A stretch of 63,957 bases of DNA, filler included, from Octopus bimaculoides (GCF_001194135.2; 7 parts of 5 records of this genome joined end to end with filler, not necessarily neighbours in it); one strand, 5' to 3'. Shown: positions 39,040 to 51,350, numbered from the whole stretch's first letter. Notes: generated by a model not told the origin, from the sequence alone. Numbers and translations are program-made.

Positions 39040-41783
39040 CTATTTATCATTCCGACCTTCATGAAGGTTGAATGAATCGTATCGGAAAATTTATTTAATA
39101 TACCCGAATTATACGATCTAAGAATAATGTAAGATTCCTTAATGCACAAATTGCTGAGACCCCTTCGATCATGACTGATCATGCCCCTAGAAAGTTACCC
39201 TCCCAGGCACAAGTCCGGGCAAGGTTATTTATGGAAGACCAGCAGTGGCCCATGCATACCGGCCTCCCCTCTTCACGCCACCAGTGTCATCCAAAGGAAA
39301 GGCAAAGGCCGATACAGCTTGGTACCCGTGACGTCGCAACTCATTTCTACAGCTGAGTGAACTGGAGCAACGCGAAATAAAGTGTCTTGTTCAAGAACAC
39401 AACATGCAACCCGGTCCAGGATTCGAACTCACAATCTCACGATCGTAAGATCGACGCTCTAACCACTGAGCCATGCGCCTTCACGCACAAATTACATTTA
39501 TACATATTAGCATTATAGAGGAGTGCATTCGCTATTATAGATCACGATATTTTGAAATTAATATTACATATAGGAAGCGAGAATTATTGAATTTTTATAT
39601 TTAATATTGGTAAAAGAATTTTAGTGAGTTCTATATCTTTTTCTGAAGTATATAGTGCTACTTTTATAAGTTCTAGCATGGTATGTATCTGATATTACGG
39701 TGCATTTATATACCACATTTTTGCGGAGGCAAAATCCTGCAAGCGGACATGACTCGACATCTCTACAATTACATATATTCCTGTTCCATGGTTGCTATTA
39801 TCCTTATTTTATGGGGATGGATTTATTTGATTCAAAGCTATCGAAATATGAGAAACATTTTTTATTTGAGATTGAATTACATGTGTTTGGTGTTCCGAGT
39901 ATATTTATATTATTGTTATTCCCATTTATATTGGGCTTCTTATCAGTCTTTGAAGTTTTAATTATTTGAAATTGGATTTTACTATTATTTATGGATGCAT
40001 TAATTGATCCCAAATTTGGCACTGTGGAGTAAGACAATTTTATAGAAGGTTTGTTACATATTGGTTAATATTTGTGATGTTTTGGAAAATTATATCTTAG
40101 GATTTTGAAGAACAGCTTAGGTAGGTTTTTAACATCAAGGGAGAAGAGTGGGGCAAACTAAATTACTTCACGCTTTCTAGGTTTAGATTGTTTAGACGTA
40201 TTAAGTTGTTCTTGAGTAAAGGATTTGCGTTTATTGTTAGGTCCTGTTTTATTAGATTTAATATAATTACTTAAAGGCTTAATTTTACTTATATTTTCCA
40301 GTGAGGCATCCATTTTAGTTGATTCAAAGTTAGAATTTGAGTTGTTAGATAGTTTTAAGTTTAGTTTCGAGTATATAATAATTATTAAGCTAAAATCGCT
40401 TAATTTTCAAGCTAGATTATAGATAGGTGTGTGCGCATTAAATATTTCCTCAATAGCCGAAAGATTCGAAATCTTTATCTATATAGCCGTGACTAAGCTG
40501 CTAATGGTAGATTTAGAATGATTTGAGGAAACGTTAACATATTGTATTATTCGATTGGGCTTACGGTATGGGTAATAAAGTTTAGTATTAAGATTTAATG
40601 TATCGTCTAGGAAGTTTACGACTTTAGTATTCGTATCTCTAAGAGGAATCTTAAGGGTTTCTTAATCCTTTCTATCCCCGGTTTAAATAATCCGTTAGTA
40701 GCAAGGAGAGCGTCATTCCTAACTATTTTCAATTTGAGACAAGAAATACAAACCACCTGAGCTGAATTTGATGATCCCATAGTTATGCCAAAGCAATCCA
40801 TTGAATCAGATCTAGTCCAATTATGTCCATTAAAATTAATCAAGGTCTTTTTTGCGGGTAATATTATATCTATATCTGATCTAGAGATATTAACGAAGTT
40901 GCGGGCGAATATTAGCGCCTTATTTAACAGGATAAGTGAAATGGATGCATAATAGTTAGAGATATCAAACTGTATGAAACGACTGTGTTATTTATCCACA
41001 ATGGGATTACATTTCCCGTCGAATTCCATAAGGGATCAACTTTGCTTTTGACATGATGTATAATTCTATTTATTATACATTTACTAAATTTCCCCAATCC
41101 GATTCTGTTGGCCATATGAGTCAGATGGATGGTTTTGATTGAAAATCAGGTTTATGATCCTTTAGATTGCAATGGGGAATTTTTGGAATATATTGTTGTG
41201 TACTATCTAGTAAGTTCAAATTTGATATAAGATTGTAATGTGTGCATGCATTCTAATTTCTCTTTATTATTTATTATTACCCAGAATACTTCATAATATA
41301 TAATAATAACATATTTATAATTTCTTTAAATATCTGCTTTCCCATCATGCCTAACCAAGTCGATATAAAAATAGTCAATAACCGGTGATATAAAAATAGT
41401 CCCCCCCCCCATAACCGGTGACTAGCATAAGGTAACCTTAAATGAAATTTCCTTACTCTATATCTTCTTTCGAACCTTGCTCTTATGTTCCTGATGAATG
41501 GAACATTGTCTAAAGGTGAATTATAAAACTCACACCCTACCAGGACAAATGGACTTCGGAAACAGCTGTAGAAATACCTCTTATCTGTTATTATAACCCG
41601 CTATATACTTTTTTAGAACTCTTAAGACAAATATACTTTTCTGACTTTAAAATTCTTCATTAAGGTTTCTCACTGCTGTCAATGTAATTTCTAACTTTTA
41701 ATTTTTAATAAGGTTTTCATATATTCGCTATATCACTCCACATATCAAATTTCTTCTTGCTTATACTTACATGTATATTCTTT
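39040..41783 (-). mobile_element. Penelope-like element, degenerate but near full-length (RT plus GIY-YIG)
   Basis: LKDHKPDFQSKP, FGITMGSSNSAQV, RNDAL, ERIKK, CNCRDVESCPLAGFCLRKNVVYKCTV (GIY-YIG), LCIKE..I...LNK; interrupted by a SINE. Confidence 0.88.
39153..39484 (-). mobile_element. Complete tRNA-derived SINE with 9-bp TSD
   Basis: A box TGGCTCAGTGG, B box GTTCGAATCC; TSD GCACAAATT at 39144-39152 and 39485-39493; inserted in the PLE endonuclease region. Confidence 0.9.
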
Positions 41784-41858
41784 ATATATATATATATATA
41801 TAACCCACAAAAATGACCCCAAAATTATTACCAAGTAGGATTTCATCACGAAGGCAAC

Positions 41859-41948
41859 CATCCTGATGAGAGGGCATTATGTTTCTGCATTTGGAATACT
41901 TAAAACGCCATTTATACATTTATTGTACCCCTGAAACGGCCGTAGATG
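41859..41948 (+). ncRNA. Minimal type I hammerhead ribozyme (PLE-type)
   Basis: Stem I CATC/GATG, core CTGATGA, stem II AGGG/CCCT, GAAA, palindromic stem III ACGGCCGT, cleavage triplet GTA. Confidence 0.75.
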
Positions 41949-42144
41949 ATATCCTTTACCCGAATTCACCCGAATCTGTATATATTTCTGTTATCTATAT
42001 ATTTACCTCTGAATTTTTAAATTTTGAACTCTCATTCGACATTTCGTATAAACATCAAATTCTTAATCAATTCGAACAGTTCCTTTTGGAAGCACTTACC
42101 TCGAATTTTTATCTCTTTATTTTCACTCCTCCATTCGGTACCTG

Positions 42145-42315
42145 AACCCAACTTATCTGCAGCTTTTGGTGGTCCAAATCGGAGGTGCAATCTATGTGGG
42201 TGTCTTTTCAAAACATTGTCTGGTTTAAAAAGCCACATCAGATGATGCCATGATGGTGCTAAGGTGCAGGTACAGGAGATGGTCAAACTCTGCATAAGGA
42301 GTAGACAACCACCAT
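42145..42315 (+). mobile_element. RTE LINE extreme 3' end (last zinc finger and UTR)
   Basis: CNLCGCLFKTLSGLKSHIR; 3' end homologous to 30420-30575; (AT)n tail. Confidence 0.8.
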
Positions 42316-42714
42316 ATATATATATATATATATATANNNNNNNNNNNNNNNNNNNNNNNNNNNNNNNNNNNNNNNNNNNNTTAATTAATTAANNNNNNNN
42401 NNNNNNNNNNNNNNNNNNNNNNNNNNNNNNNNNNNNATATATATATATATATATATACATACGAACATATATATACATACATACACACATGATGGCTATC
42501 CACTCGTGATCGAGGAAGACCATTGCCGACCTTCAGGAACATTGTCCGCTCTAGGACTAACTCATATATTGCATTTGTGGTTCCGTTGGTGGCTAATGAG
42601 CCTTGCTCTTGACAAGCATACTCGACTGCAAACGTTGCAAACCAAGCTTTCCCCATTCATTATACTAGCAGTGTGCTTCCGAGCAGCACGCAGGACACTT
42701 CATAAAAAGAACAA

Positions 42715-42862
42715 GAAAGCACCTTCAAAGCCAGTTCTTTTGAGATTCCTGCATGAAACTTGGCAAGAAATTCCTCAAGAGAATATTAATCATCTGATCG
42801 TTATGATGCCCAATAAGGTCCTTGCATCAAAAAATGCAAGGCGTATGTCTACTAAATATTAA
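42715..42862 (+). mobile_element. Tc1-like transposase C-terminal remnant
   Basis: LHETWQEIPQENINHLIVMMPNKV...STKY* matches the Tc1 'W..IP...I..LI.SMP.R...G..TKY' end. Confidence 0.7.
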
Positions 42863-43517
42863 ATATTCACATTATAACAATTACTAAATAATTTGAATGT
42901 ATAATTACAGATCTTAAATATATTTTAACGATTATAAGCATATCTATTTACTTCTGTCATGTCTGTGTACATATATTTTTCATGAGATTTATTTTCTTCA
43001 GATTCTATAGGAAAATATCACTCTGTCGTTTAGCTAGAGTTAATGAACTCTATTGCGAGGCTGTCATGCATATATGTGTATATTCATATATGTATGCATT
43101 TACACACACTAATACGCACATATACACGTATTCACACACACTCACACTCTCGCTGAAACATTAGTTTGTCTTTGCGAATTGCCGACAACATCACTTCCGG
43201 TTTATACATACATATACATATATATATATGTATAAATACATATATATTTATTCATATATACGTGATGTGGAAGTGAGTCACGTGGAAAGATCCATTAGGC
43301 ATTATAATTCTCGATATGCAAAAAGATGAATGATCGCCGCTGTGAGGCTTTCATCATAATTCTGCTCAATACTAGTTGATTGATAGATAAGAACTGTAAA
43401 TGTTTCTAACAAACAGATTTCGACTCAGCAGGGAAAATAAAGACAAAAGCGTGTCATTCAGGCGGGAAACATTCTCACATACACTGAGGGTTTGAAAAAT
43501 AGTGCCTTTATAAAAAA

Positions 43518-43910
43518 TATGTTGTTGTTGTTGGGACTCCGTCGCTTACGACGTCGAGGGTTCCAGTTGATCCGATCAACGGAACAGCCTGCTCGTGAAA
43601 TTAACGTGCAAGTGGCTAAGCGCTCCACAGACACGTGTACCCTTAACGTAGTTCTCGGGGATATTCAGCGTGACACAGTGTGACAAGGCTGACCCTTTGA
43701 ATTACAGGCACAACAGAAACAGGAAGTAAAAGTGAGAGAAAGTTGTGGTGAAATAGTACAGCAGGGCTCGCCACCATCCCCTGCCGGAGCCTCGTGGAGC
43801 TTTAGGTGTTTTCGCTCAATAAACACTCACAGCGCCCGGTCTGGGAATCGAAACCGCGATCGTATGACCGCGAGTCTGGTGCCTTAACCACTGGGCCATT
43901 GCGCTTCCAC
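43518..43910 (-). mobile_element. tRNA-derived SINE with (AAC)n tail
   Basis: A box TGGCCCAGTGG, B box GTTTCGATTCC; GC-rich body. Confidence 0.8.
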
Positions 43911-45029
43911 TTATGAAAAAAACATATATCGAACGAATTAGACAACACCATATAGTTAGTTTCAAAATTGAAATGAACGTCAAGTTTCGAAGAATGAGGG
44001 AGCTACAAAACACAGCCCTATGGTTGCCTGTATGTCGGGTCAAAGCTGAAGATTTCTCGTAACATCCTCTACATGAGCTCGTCGCCCATTTCTCTCCTGC
44101 CATTGCTTATGAAGAAAGTGGGATGCTGTTGGTGCGGATGTCCTGGTTTGTTGAGCAATTTGCACGATTAATGTTATAACAGTTGTCATGGTTTGTGCAG
44201 AGCCAGTCTCACTTATTCGTTCTTTAAGCTTGTACTGATCGGGTGCAACATGTGTCACAATCTCAGCAGTCATTAGGATGCAGGATTTCAATGGAGTTAC
44301 CTCCTCTTTAGATGAACAGCTAAAGAGCTGAAGGGTCTAATCTGCTCTGGATCTGTTGGGTGCCTGTGAGTGATTCTAACGGAGGCAATTCCATGATATG
44401 CCAAGTAACCAAGTAACCCTTAGCTCAGATTTTGACAAATACTAATGCTCCGTGTTTGTGTAGTCTTTGAATAATAGCGGCTAATCGGTGCTTCGACACA
44501 TCTCAAAACCTTGGAACTCTCAGATCACGACCTCATGACTAGATGCAGTTTTAAATCATAATGTCTATAATAATATTTATCTTCACTTCGATTTTAAATT
44601 TCGCCAACGGCATCTACCCACCACCACCACCAATGCTAGTCTTCAGCATCACGCTTGAAACTCTGAGTACCAATGAATTTGAATCAAACTGTTTTGATCC
44701 ATTCATGTAACTCCCAATAAGTTTGTTGTGTGCTCTTCTTTCGTTTGTCCACTCACTTGTACGTAAATATATATAAACACACACACACACACACAGGGTG
44801 GATATATATATATAGATAGATATATAGATAAGATGAAAAAACACAGAAGATTTGTTTTACAGGATTTAAGAGTATATTAGAGCCATGATAATAAAGATAT
44901 ACAATTTTGTACAAAATAAGGTTTTGTTCTTTCAACATAATTGAAGTAAGGACCGGTTTCGCATTGATGGGGTAAATCCATTATTTTTAATATGGTTTCA
45001 TATGTAATTCTGGCTTATATTTTTGGGAA

Positions 45030-45237
45030 GCCAGTGTTATCCAAGGGAAAGGCAAAGGGGCCGATACAGCTTGGAACCTGTGACGTCGCAACTCATTTCT
45101 ACCGCTGAGTAAACTAGAGCAACGTGAAATAAAGTGTCTTGCTCAAGAACACAACACGCAGCCCAGTCCGGGATTCGAATTCACAACCTCATGGTCGTAA
45201 GTTCGACGCTCTAACCACTGAGCCATGCGCCTTGCAC
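45030..45237 (-). mobile_element. SINE, same family as 39153-39484, 3'-truncated
   Basis: Near-identical head and body. Confidence 0.85.
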
Positions 45238-47039
45238 TAAATATATATATGTATGTATATATGTATATATATGCATGTACATATGTATATAAATATATAT
45301 ATATGTATGTATATATATGTGTGTTTGTATATATATGTATATATATAAATACATGTACATATGTGTGTATGTTTGTATGCATGTATGTATACATATACGC
45401 ATACATACATATATATGTATATATTAGTGTGCGTATGCATGTGTTCGTACCTCTTTGTAGAAATGTATGCATAAATATAAAAGGAAGTAGATTGAAAGAG
45501 ACAAAACCAGAGAAATGAGATGACTTTTAATAGATGGCTTCACAGATAAGAGATAGAAATTTTCAATAACTAAAAGAAAAAAAAAACAAAAAACAAAAAC
45601 AAAACCTAACATTTAAAGAATACAGAATTTTTTGAAGAAAACAAAGTTGGAAGAAGAATATGCATCAGCTAATGTTAATTAAAATTAAGATTACTTCATT
45701 CTAAAATATAAGAAGACAAGAAGTAAAAGAAAAAAGGAAGCAAAATAAACAATGGAAGAAAACAAAGGAAAAATAAGTAAAAACAAAGAATAAGTGCCAC
45801 AAATAAATTCCACTCTATAGATTCGATCCTGATTGTTTGAAAGAAATCATCGAATTGTAATAATAGGATGAAATGGGCGATGCGTTGCGCGAAATTCCAT
45901 TTCTATTCTAGAAGAAAATACGTTGTTGCTGTAATGTTAGGTTATTTTACGCTTGGCGTTTTGAATAAGTAATATTACTATGTTATTGTAGTGATTCTTT
46001 GTTGTCCAATTCAAGCTGAATTACTACTCCCAGGTGTTTGGTTTCTTCGAAACCAGCTGTGTGTTTTGATAGATATATATACGTCATTAACATACACGGA
46101 AAGAGATGAGATACAACTGAAATCATCTCCTACTCTTCTTTGGAAGTGACTAACAGTTATAACTCTTTGCAGGAAGCTTTATTTAATTCAAAAGAATTAC
46201 GTATATAATCTCATCTTACTCCTTTATCTGAAAATTATGTTAAAAATCACACGTTTTTTCTCTGAATTCATGCAATTGGCTGATTTGAGCAATTTCCCTA
46301 ACATGGTTAACAACATTTCACTGGCTAAAACATTTTTCGAACTATTTTACATTATGACTATACTAGACTGATGATGGTCATTATGACTGAAACATACTGA
46401 TCGTTGTCTCTCGTAAAAAAAGGGTAAGATTTTCGTCCCTTAGTATATAAATAAGTTTTGTTAGATTAAATTGAAATTTCTTGGAATTATTTCACCTTTT
46501 CTCAGGAACTCGTTTTAGTTTCGCACTAAATCTAGGCTTCCTTTCTCAAAACGAGACAAATATAAATTATGAAATTTTGCTCACGTGGTCCTGTGCAAGA
46601 TGCCTTAAATTGTTATAGTGCGTATATCATGCTAAGGCTACGAGGTAACAAAAATCGTTGGCACGTCCGACAAAATGTTTAGTGGCTCGTCTGGCACTTT
46701 ACGTTGGTTCAAATTCCACCGACCACAACTTTGTCCTTCATTTAAAAGAGAGGAGTAAAAACCTGTTCAATGGAAATAAAACATGGGCGAATATTGAGAA
46801 TTCTTGGTGAAAATCATAACAGCTCTATTTAGAGCTACTGCAACACCCACCCCCTTGAGAATGGAAGAATCTACGAGTTTTCGCCATCTAAGGGTACATA
46901 AAAATTTGATAGAATTTGTGGGTGTTTTGATTCTAAATGGAAGGCAGCTTCTTACTCATATGTTTATGAGTTGCTATTATTCATATTTATCAGCATTTGT
47001 TTTGTGTATTACATATTAAAATGTTCTTATTATGCATTG

Positions 47040-47170
47040 CGCTTAAAAGCCGCTGAGGCCGACTTTGCCTTTCATATTTCCGGGTCGATAAAGTAAGTAC
47101 CACTTGAGCACTGAAGTCGATGTAAGCAAATTCCCTCCTTCTGGCCTTGAGCCAAAACTTGAGACCAATA
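47040..47170 (+). mobile_element. SINE family C, 3' part
   Basis: 'ccgctgaggccgactttgcctttcat...gggtcgataaa.taagtacca'. Confidence 0.65.
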
Positions 47171-47427
47171 TTATGCACTACACCAATGTCCCCTCTATTA
47201 TGTGTATATATANNNNNNNNNNNNNNNNNNNNNNNNNNNNNNNNNNNNNNNNNNNNNNNNNNNNNNNNNNNNNNNNNNNNNNNNNNNNNNNNNNNNNNNN
47301 NNNNNNNNNNNNNNNNNNNNNNNNNNNNNNNNNNNNNNNNNNNNNNNNNNNNNNNNNNNNNNNNNNNNNNNNNNNNNNNNNNNNNNNNNNNNNNNNNNNN
47401 NNNNNNNNNNNNNNNNNNNNATATATA

Positions 47428-47570
47428 TAGGGAGAATTCACAAAAGAAAACAACAGACGAAGATAGGTGGTGTAGAAAACAAATAGATGTATTAGTATAA
47501 CGCTTAGGAATTGAAAAAGTCTTTAACGTTTCGAGCCTACGCTCTTCTACAGAAAGGAACACGGAAAGCA
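47428..47570 (-). mobile_element. PLE-terminal-type repeat containing a hammerhead-like motif
   Basis: Minus CTTT-CTGTAGA-A-GAGC(GTAG)GCTC-GAA-ACGT-T-AAAG at 47556-47521. Confidence 0.55.
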
Positions 47571-47914
47571 ACAAGGAGAGAAATAAGGAGAGAGAAAAAA
47601 AATGTGTGTAGATAGAATAAGTACTAGGCTTACTAAGAATAAGTCCTGGGGTCGATTCACTCGACTAAAGGCGGTGCTCAAGCATAGCCACAGTTAAATG
47701 ACTGAAGCAAGTAAAAAAAAAGAAGAGAAAGGTGGACGATGAGGTTATAGAAGCGTGTGTATAATTGATAATTTTATATAAATACCCGACAGTTAATACA
47801 CATATATTTGCATATAAACAGACGGACACGCACTTTTGGCCAAAGTGCCGATAAGTGCCACCTTAATCAAATGTCTTTTACCCTTGCCCTGGTTCAACTG
47901 AATCTTTGTGAATG

Positions 47915-48192
47915 AAATATCACGGCGTCACGGTATTGACAAGACTATCGGACAGCGTTATACATCGCTGGTCACTATCTACTTCGCAGTGTTTTAGCTT
48001 TCGAATGACGCCGCTCCAAATGGCTGACCGAGCGAACCAACATTCCTCCGCCCCCCCCCCTCCCCCCATCAGAAGGCTATTCCATCACAGTATTACCCGC
48101 TTACAGGCGAGTGGACAGGAACAACGGGATCAAACCCATGATCAAGCGATCGTGAGTGCAATAATCTAACGACTAGGCCACGCAGCTTCACG
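47915..48192 (-). mobile_element. Degenerate tRNA-headed SINE
   Basis: Minus head 'gcgtggcctagtcgttaga...gggtttgatccc'. Confidence 0.5.
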
Positions 48193-48563
48193 CGAAGATG
48201 GAAACTGTGCGGAAGCTTGTCTGAGCTATCGTTCCTCTTATTTAGTTGTTAGAACTGACAGCGCCAGCTGGCATCTGGGTGCCTTTAGCGGACTCAGATT
48301 ACCTGCAAGCATTCGAACATCAAATATTCCAATCTCCCTCATAAAATAACACTAATAAAAACCACAGCAAAAACAAAAATTATAATATTATTATAATGTT
48401 CAGTAAAACTTTTGGTAAAAACCTACGTTAATGTCTTTTTTATTAGCAGTCTTTTATACATACATAAAATATACATGCATAATTATCTTTTTTTACATAG
48501 ACATGTTGCTTAATGACGTATTGCATAATATTTTCTCAAATACATACATATACATATATACAT

Positions 48564-48594
<31 letters not shown>

Positions 48595-48915
48595 TAACAT
48601 ATATATAGATGTAGATATATGTATACATACACAAACACAAATATATATATATNNNNNNNNNNNNNNNNNNNNNNNNNNNNNNNNNNNNNNNNNNNNNNNN
48701 NNNNNNNNNNNNNNNNNNNNNNNNNNNNNNNNNNNNNNNNNNNNNNNNNNNNNNNNNNNNNNNNNNNNNNNNNNNNNNNNNNNNNNNNNNNNNNNNNNNN
48801 NNNNNNNNNNNNNNNNNNNNNNNNNNNNNNNNNNNNNNNNNNNNNNNNNNNNNNNNNNNNNNNNNNNNNNNNNNNNNNNNNNNNNNNNNNNNNNNNNNNN
48901 NNNNNNNNNNNNNNN

Positions 48916-48956
<41 letters not shown>

Positions 48957-48977
48957 ATATATGTATATATATGTATA

Positions 48978-49024
<47 letters not shown>

Positions 49025-49949
49025 ATATGTATATATATATATACATACATACATACATACATACATATGCGTATGTGTGTACGTGTATAGAAACACATAA
49101 ATACAACATGCATATACAACTATAAATAGATGCATAAGATATGCGAGTATATGCTTGTATGCGCACAGTGTCGATATGCAATTTGAGCATATTCAGGCAG
49201 ACATACACATGCACATAACATTTTATTTTGTAAAAGTAAAAGATAACAGAAACATGTAAAAAAAAAAGAAAACTGAAGAGAGACAAGAGAGAAAGATCGA
49301 AAGAGAGCGTAACTGAATGAGAGAGAAATAGAGTGAGTTAGAAAACTGAAATGAAAAATGGTAACAAAATGAGCGAGAGGAGTAAATAGAAAGCGAGAAT
49401 TATATAAAATTTGATGAGAAAAACTTGTCTCCTGCTTCTGTTAAACTGCGGCAGTCATATCCATCAGAGAAGCAGGATGTCAACTTTTTCAGTAGAATTT
49501 TAGTATGTGTTGTATTTTCTTGCTAATGTTTTTCGTTCTAAATCTAGATTAAAGATATTTCTTTTGTATTTTTTTAACGTTCATTCTATAATGCACTGCC
49601 TAATATCCCGAGAACTAAATAAACTGTGTAGTAAATATCTGTCTGTCCGTTTGTCTGCCTATCTCTATCTTGTGTGTGTGTGTGTATTTATATGTATGTA
49701 AATGATAATTTTTTTCTGTGTTCAGTTATAGTAAAAATTATTTTACTTTAATCTGATGGGTTACTCTATAATTTTTTGGGATAAAAATTTGTTATTCTTA
49801 AACAAGAATATTATTGACAGTAATTTCGAAGTTTCGGCCAGTTTTGCCATCTTCGGACTGTCCGATGATGGTTTATAACAGCCTAAACTTGGAGGTCAGT
49901 CTCAATGAATTAATATAACCTTTTCAACGAAGTCTGCGGTTAAATGTTG

Positions 49950-50170
49950 TCATAAGTTACCTCCGCGGCCTCCAGTAGACAAAATGGAGAATGCGTTGCT
50001 GCGGAAGATAGCGAGGGAGATGTGCTGAAACACCCACTCTGACTCATGGAGCTCGCATTTGCGGACAGCCATCTTCTCCCCGATAGCGGTGCGCAGGGAT
50101 ATGGTCCGGAGGCCAAGAACGCTGGAGGTCTCCTCTGCCACAGACTCGACCATAGATTTGTCGAAGAGGA
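49950..50170 (-). mobile_element. CRE-like non-LTR retrotransposon 3' end (REL C-terminus)
   Basis: VAEETSSVLG...IGEKM...ESEWVFQHISLAIFRSNAFSIL resembles the CRE-type 'ETSG.LG...LFQR.S.AI.RGNA..IL' pattern. Confidence 0.65.
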
Positions 50171-50189
50171 GAAGTGTCCTTAATGCCAA

Positions 50190-51350
50190 TTTCAACCAGA
50201 GCAACTCTAGTGTCATCGTCAACGTCTGAAGCAGAGACTGAAAGTGAATATCAAGAGTCCGAAAAAATCAGATGAAGAATCCACACAAACAAGGAGGAAG
50301 TATAGCAAAACTGGAACTGCAACCAAGTTAGTAATATCTTCCAAGCTGTCAACCCAAAAAGCAGCAACAGTTTGTCGACAATTATCTCAAGATAGAATCA
50401 ATGTCGAGACTTCTTCCCAACCTGGTATTTACAGATCGACTATCAAAGAAGCTGTTAAACTAAAAAGGAAAATAAAGAAAACAGTACATTTAGAAAACTG
50501 GTCATTGCATTTTGATGGTAAACGTATTGATCACAAAGAAAACAAAGAGTTAGTTTTAAAGAATGAACAGAGAGGGGTTAAGTTAGAAACACTCCAATTA
50601 CCAAATGAAAAGACCGATACTGCTGTGAAAGGAATAACAGCTGTTTTAGATGAATACAATTTATGGAACTATGTAAAGATGATTGTCGTTGATACAACGA
50701 GTGTGAACACTGGGAAAAGAAATGGCATTGTCATTCAGTTGCAAAGACTGTTTGGCCAAAAGGGTTTGAAAGAACCGCAATTTATTGGTCGTCAACTTGG
50801 AGAAATAAGTCATCTCCCAATATTGTATATACATTCATACCAGAGTTTTTAAGTAATTATGAGAAACTCCAAGCTAATTTTAAGAATGGTGAAGAAAAGA
50901 TTACTGAATCAGCAGGATGACGGGATGACATGAAATTTCTATTTCATTTGACCAGAGTTTTCGTTTCTTCGAAGAAACCGGCAAATTTCCTGCTGTAAAG
51001 TTTCAAAAAATACCCAATTTAAGTAATGCATGATGGAATTCTGACATTCTTTCTTCTACCAGACAAAAGAGTTTTACCCTTCAATTTTTGTCGATTCATC
51101 TCTGGGCAGAGTTTTGGTTTACTGAACAAATGTTCAATGAATATCTGAAGTTATGTGTTAGCCTGCAAGTTCATAAAAAAGCATTGAACTCTGTAAAAAA
51201 ACTTTGGTGTCGAGGACCATAAAAACTGGAAATTCCCAGAACAAATCAGAGTGCAAAACGAGCAATCAAGTGCATTCAAGATCTTTATGATGTTTTTAAA
51301 AAGAAGGAGAAACTTCGACTTCAATTTATTTTATCTAACAAAACATATCA
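50190..51350 (+). mobile_element. hAT-superfamily (hATm-like) transposase pseudogene
   Basis: SLHFDGK, IVVDTTSVNTGK, PQFIGRQ (CxxH position), NA*WNS, PRTNQSAKRAIK; stops and frameshifts; TIRs not found. Confidence 0.65.

Noticed and set aside
39153-39484. tRNA genes at SINE heads (also 43850-43910 and 45170-45237)
   Set aside because: A/B boxes are present but there is no acceptor stem or cloverleaf, and each continues into a SINE body.
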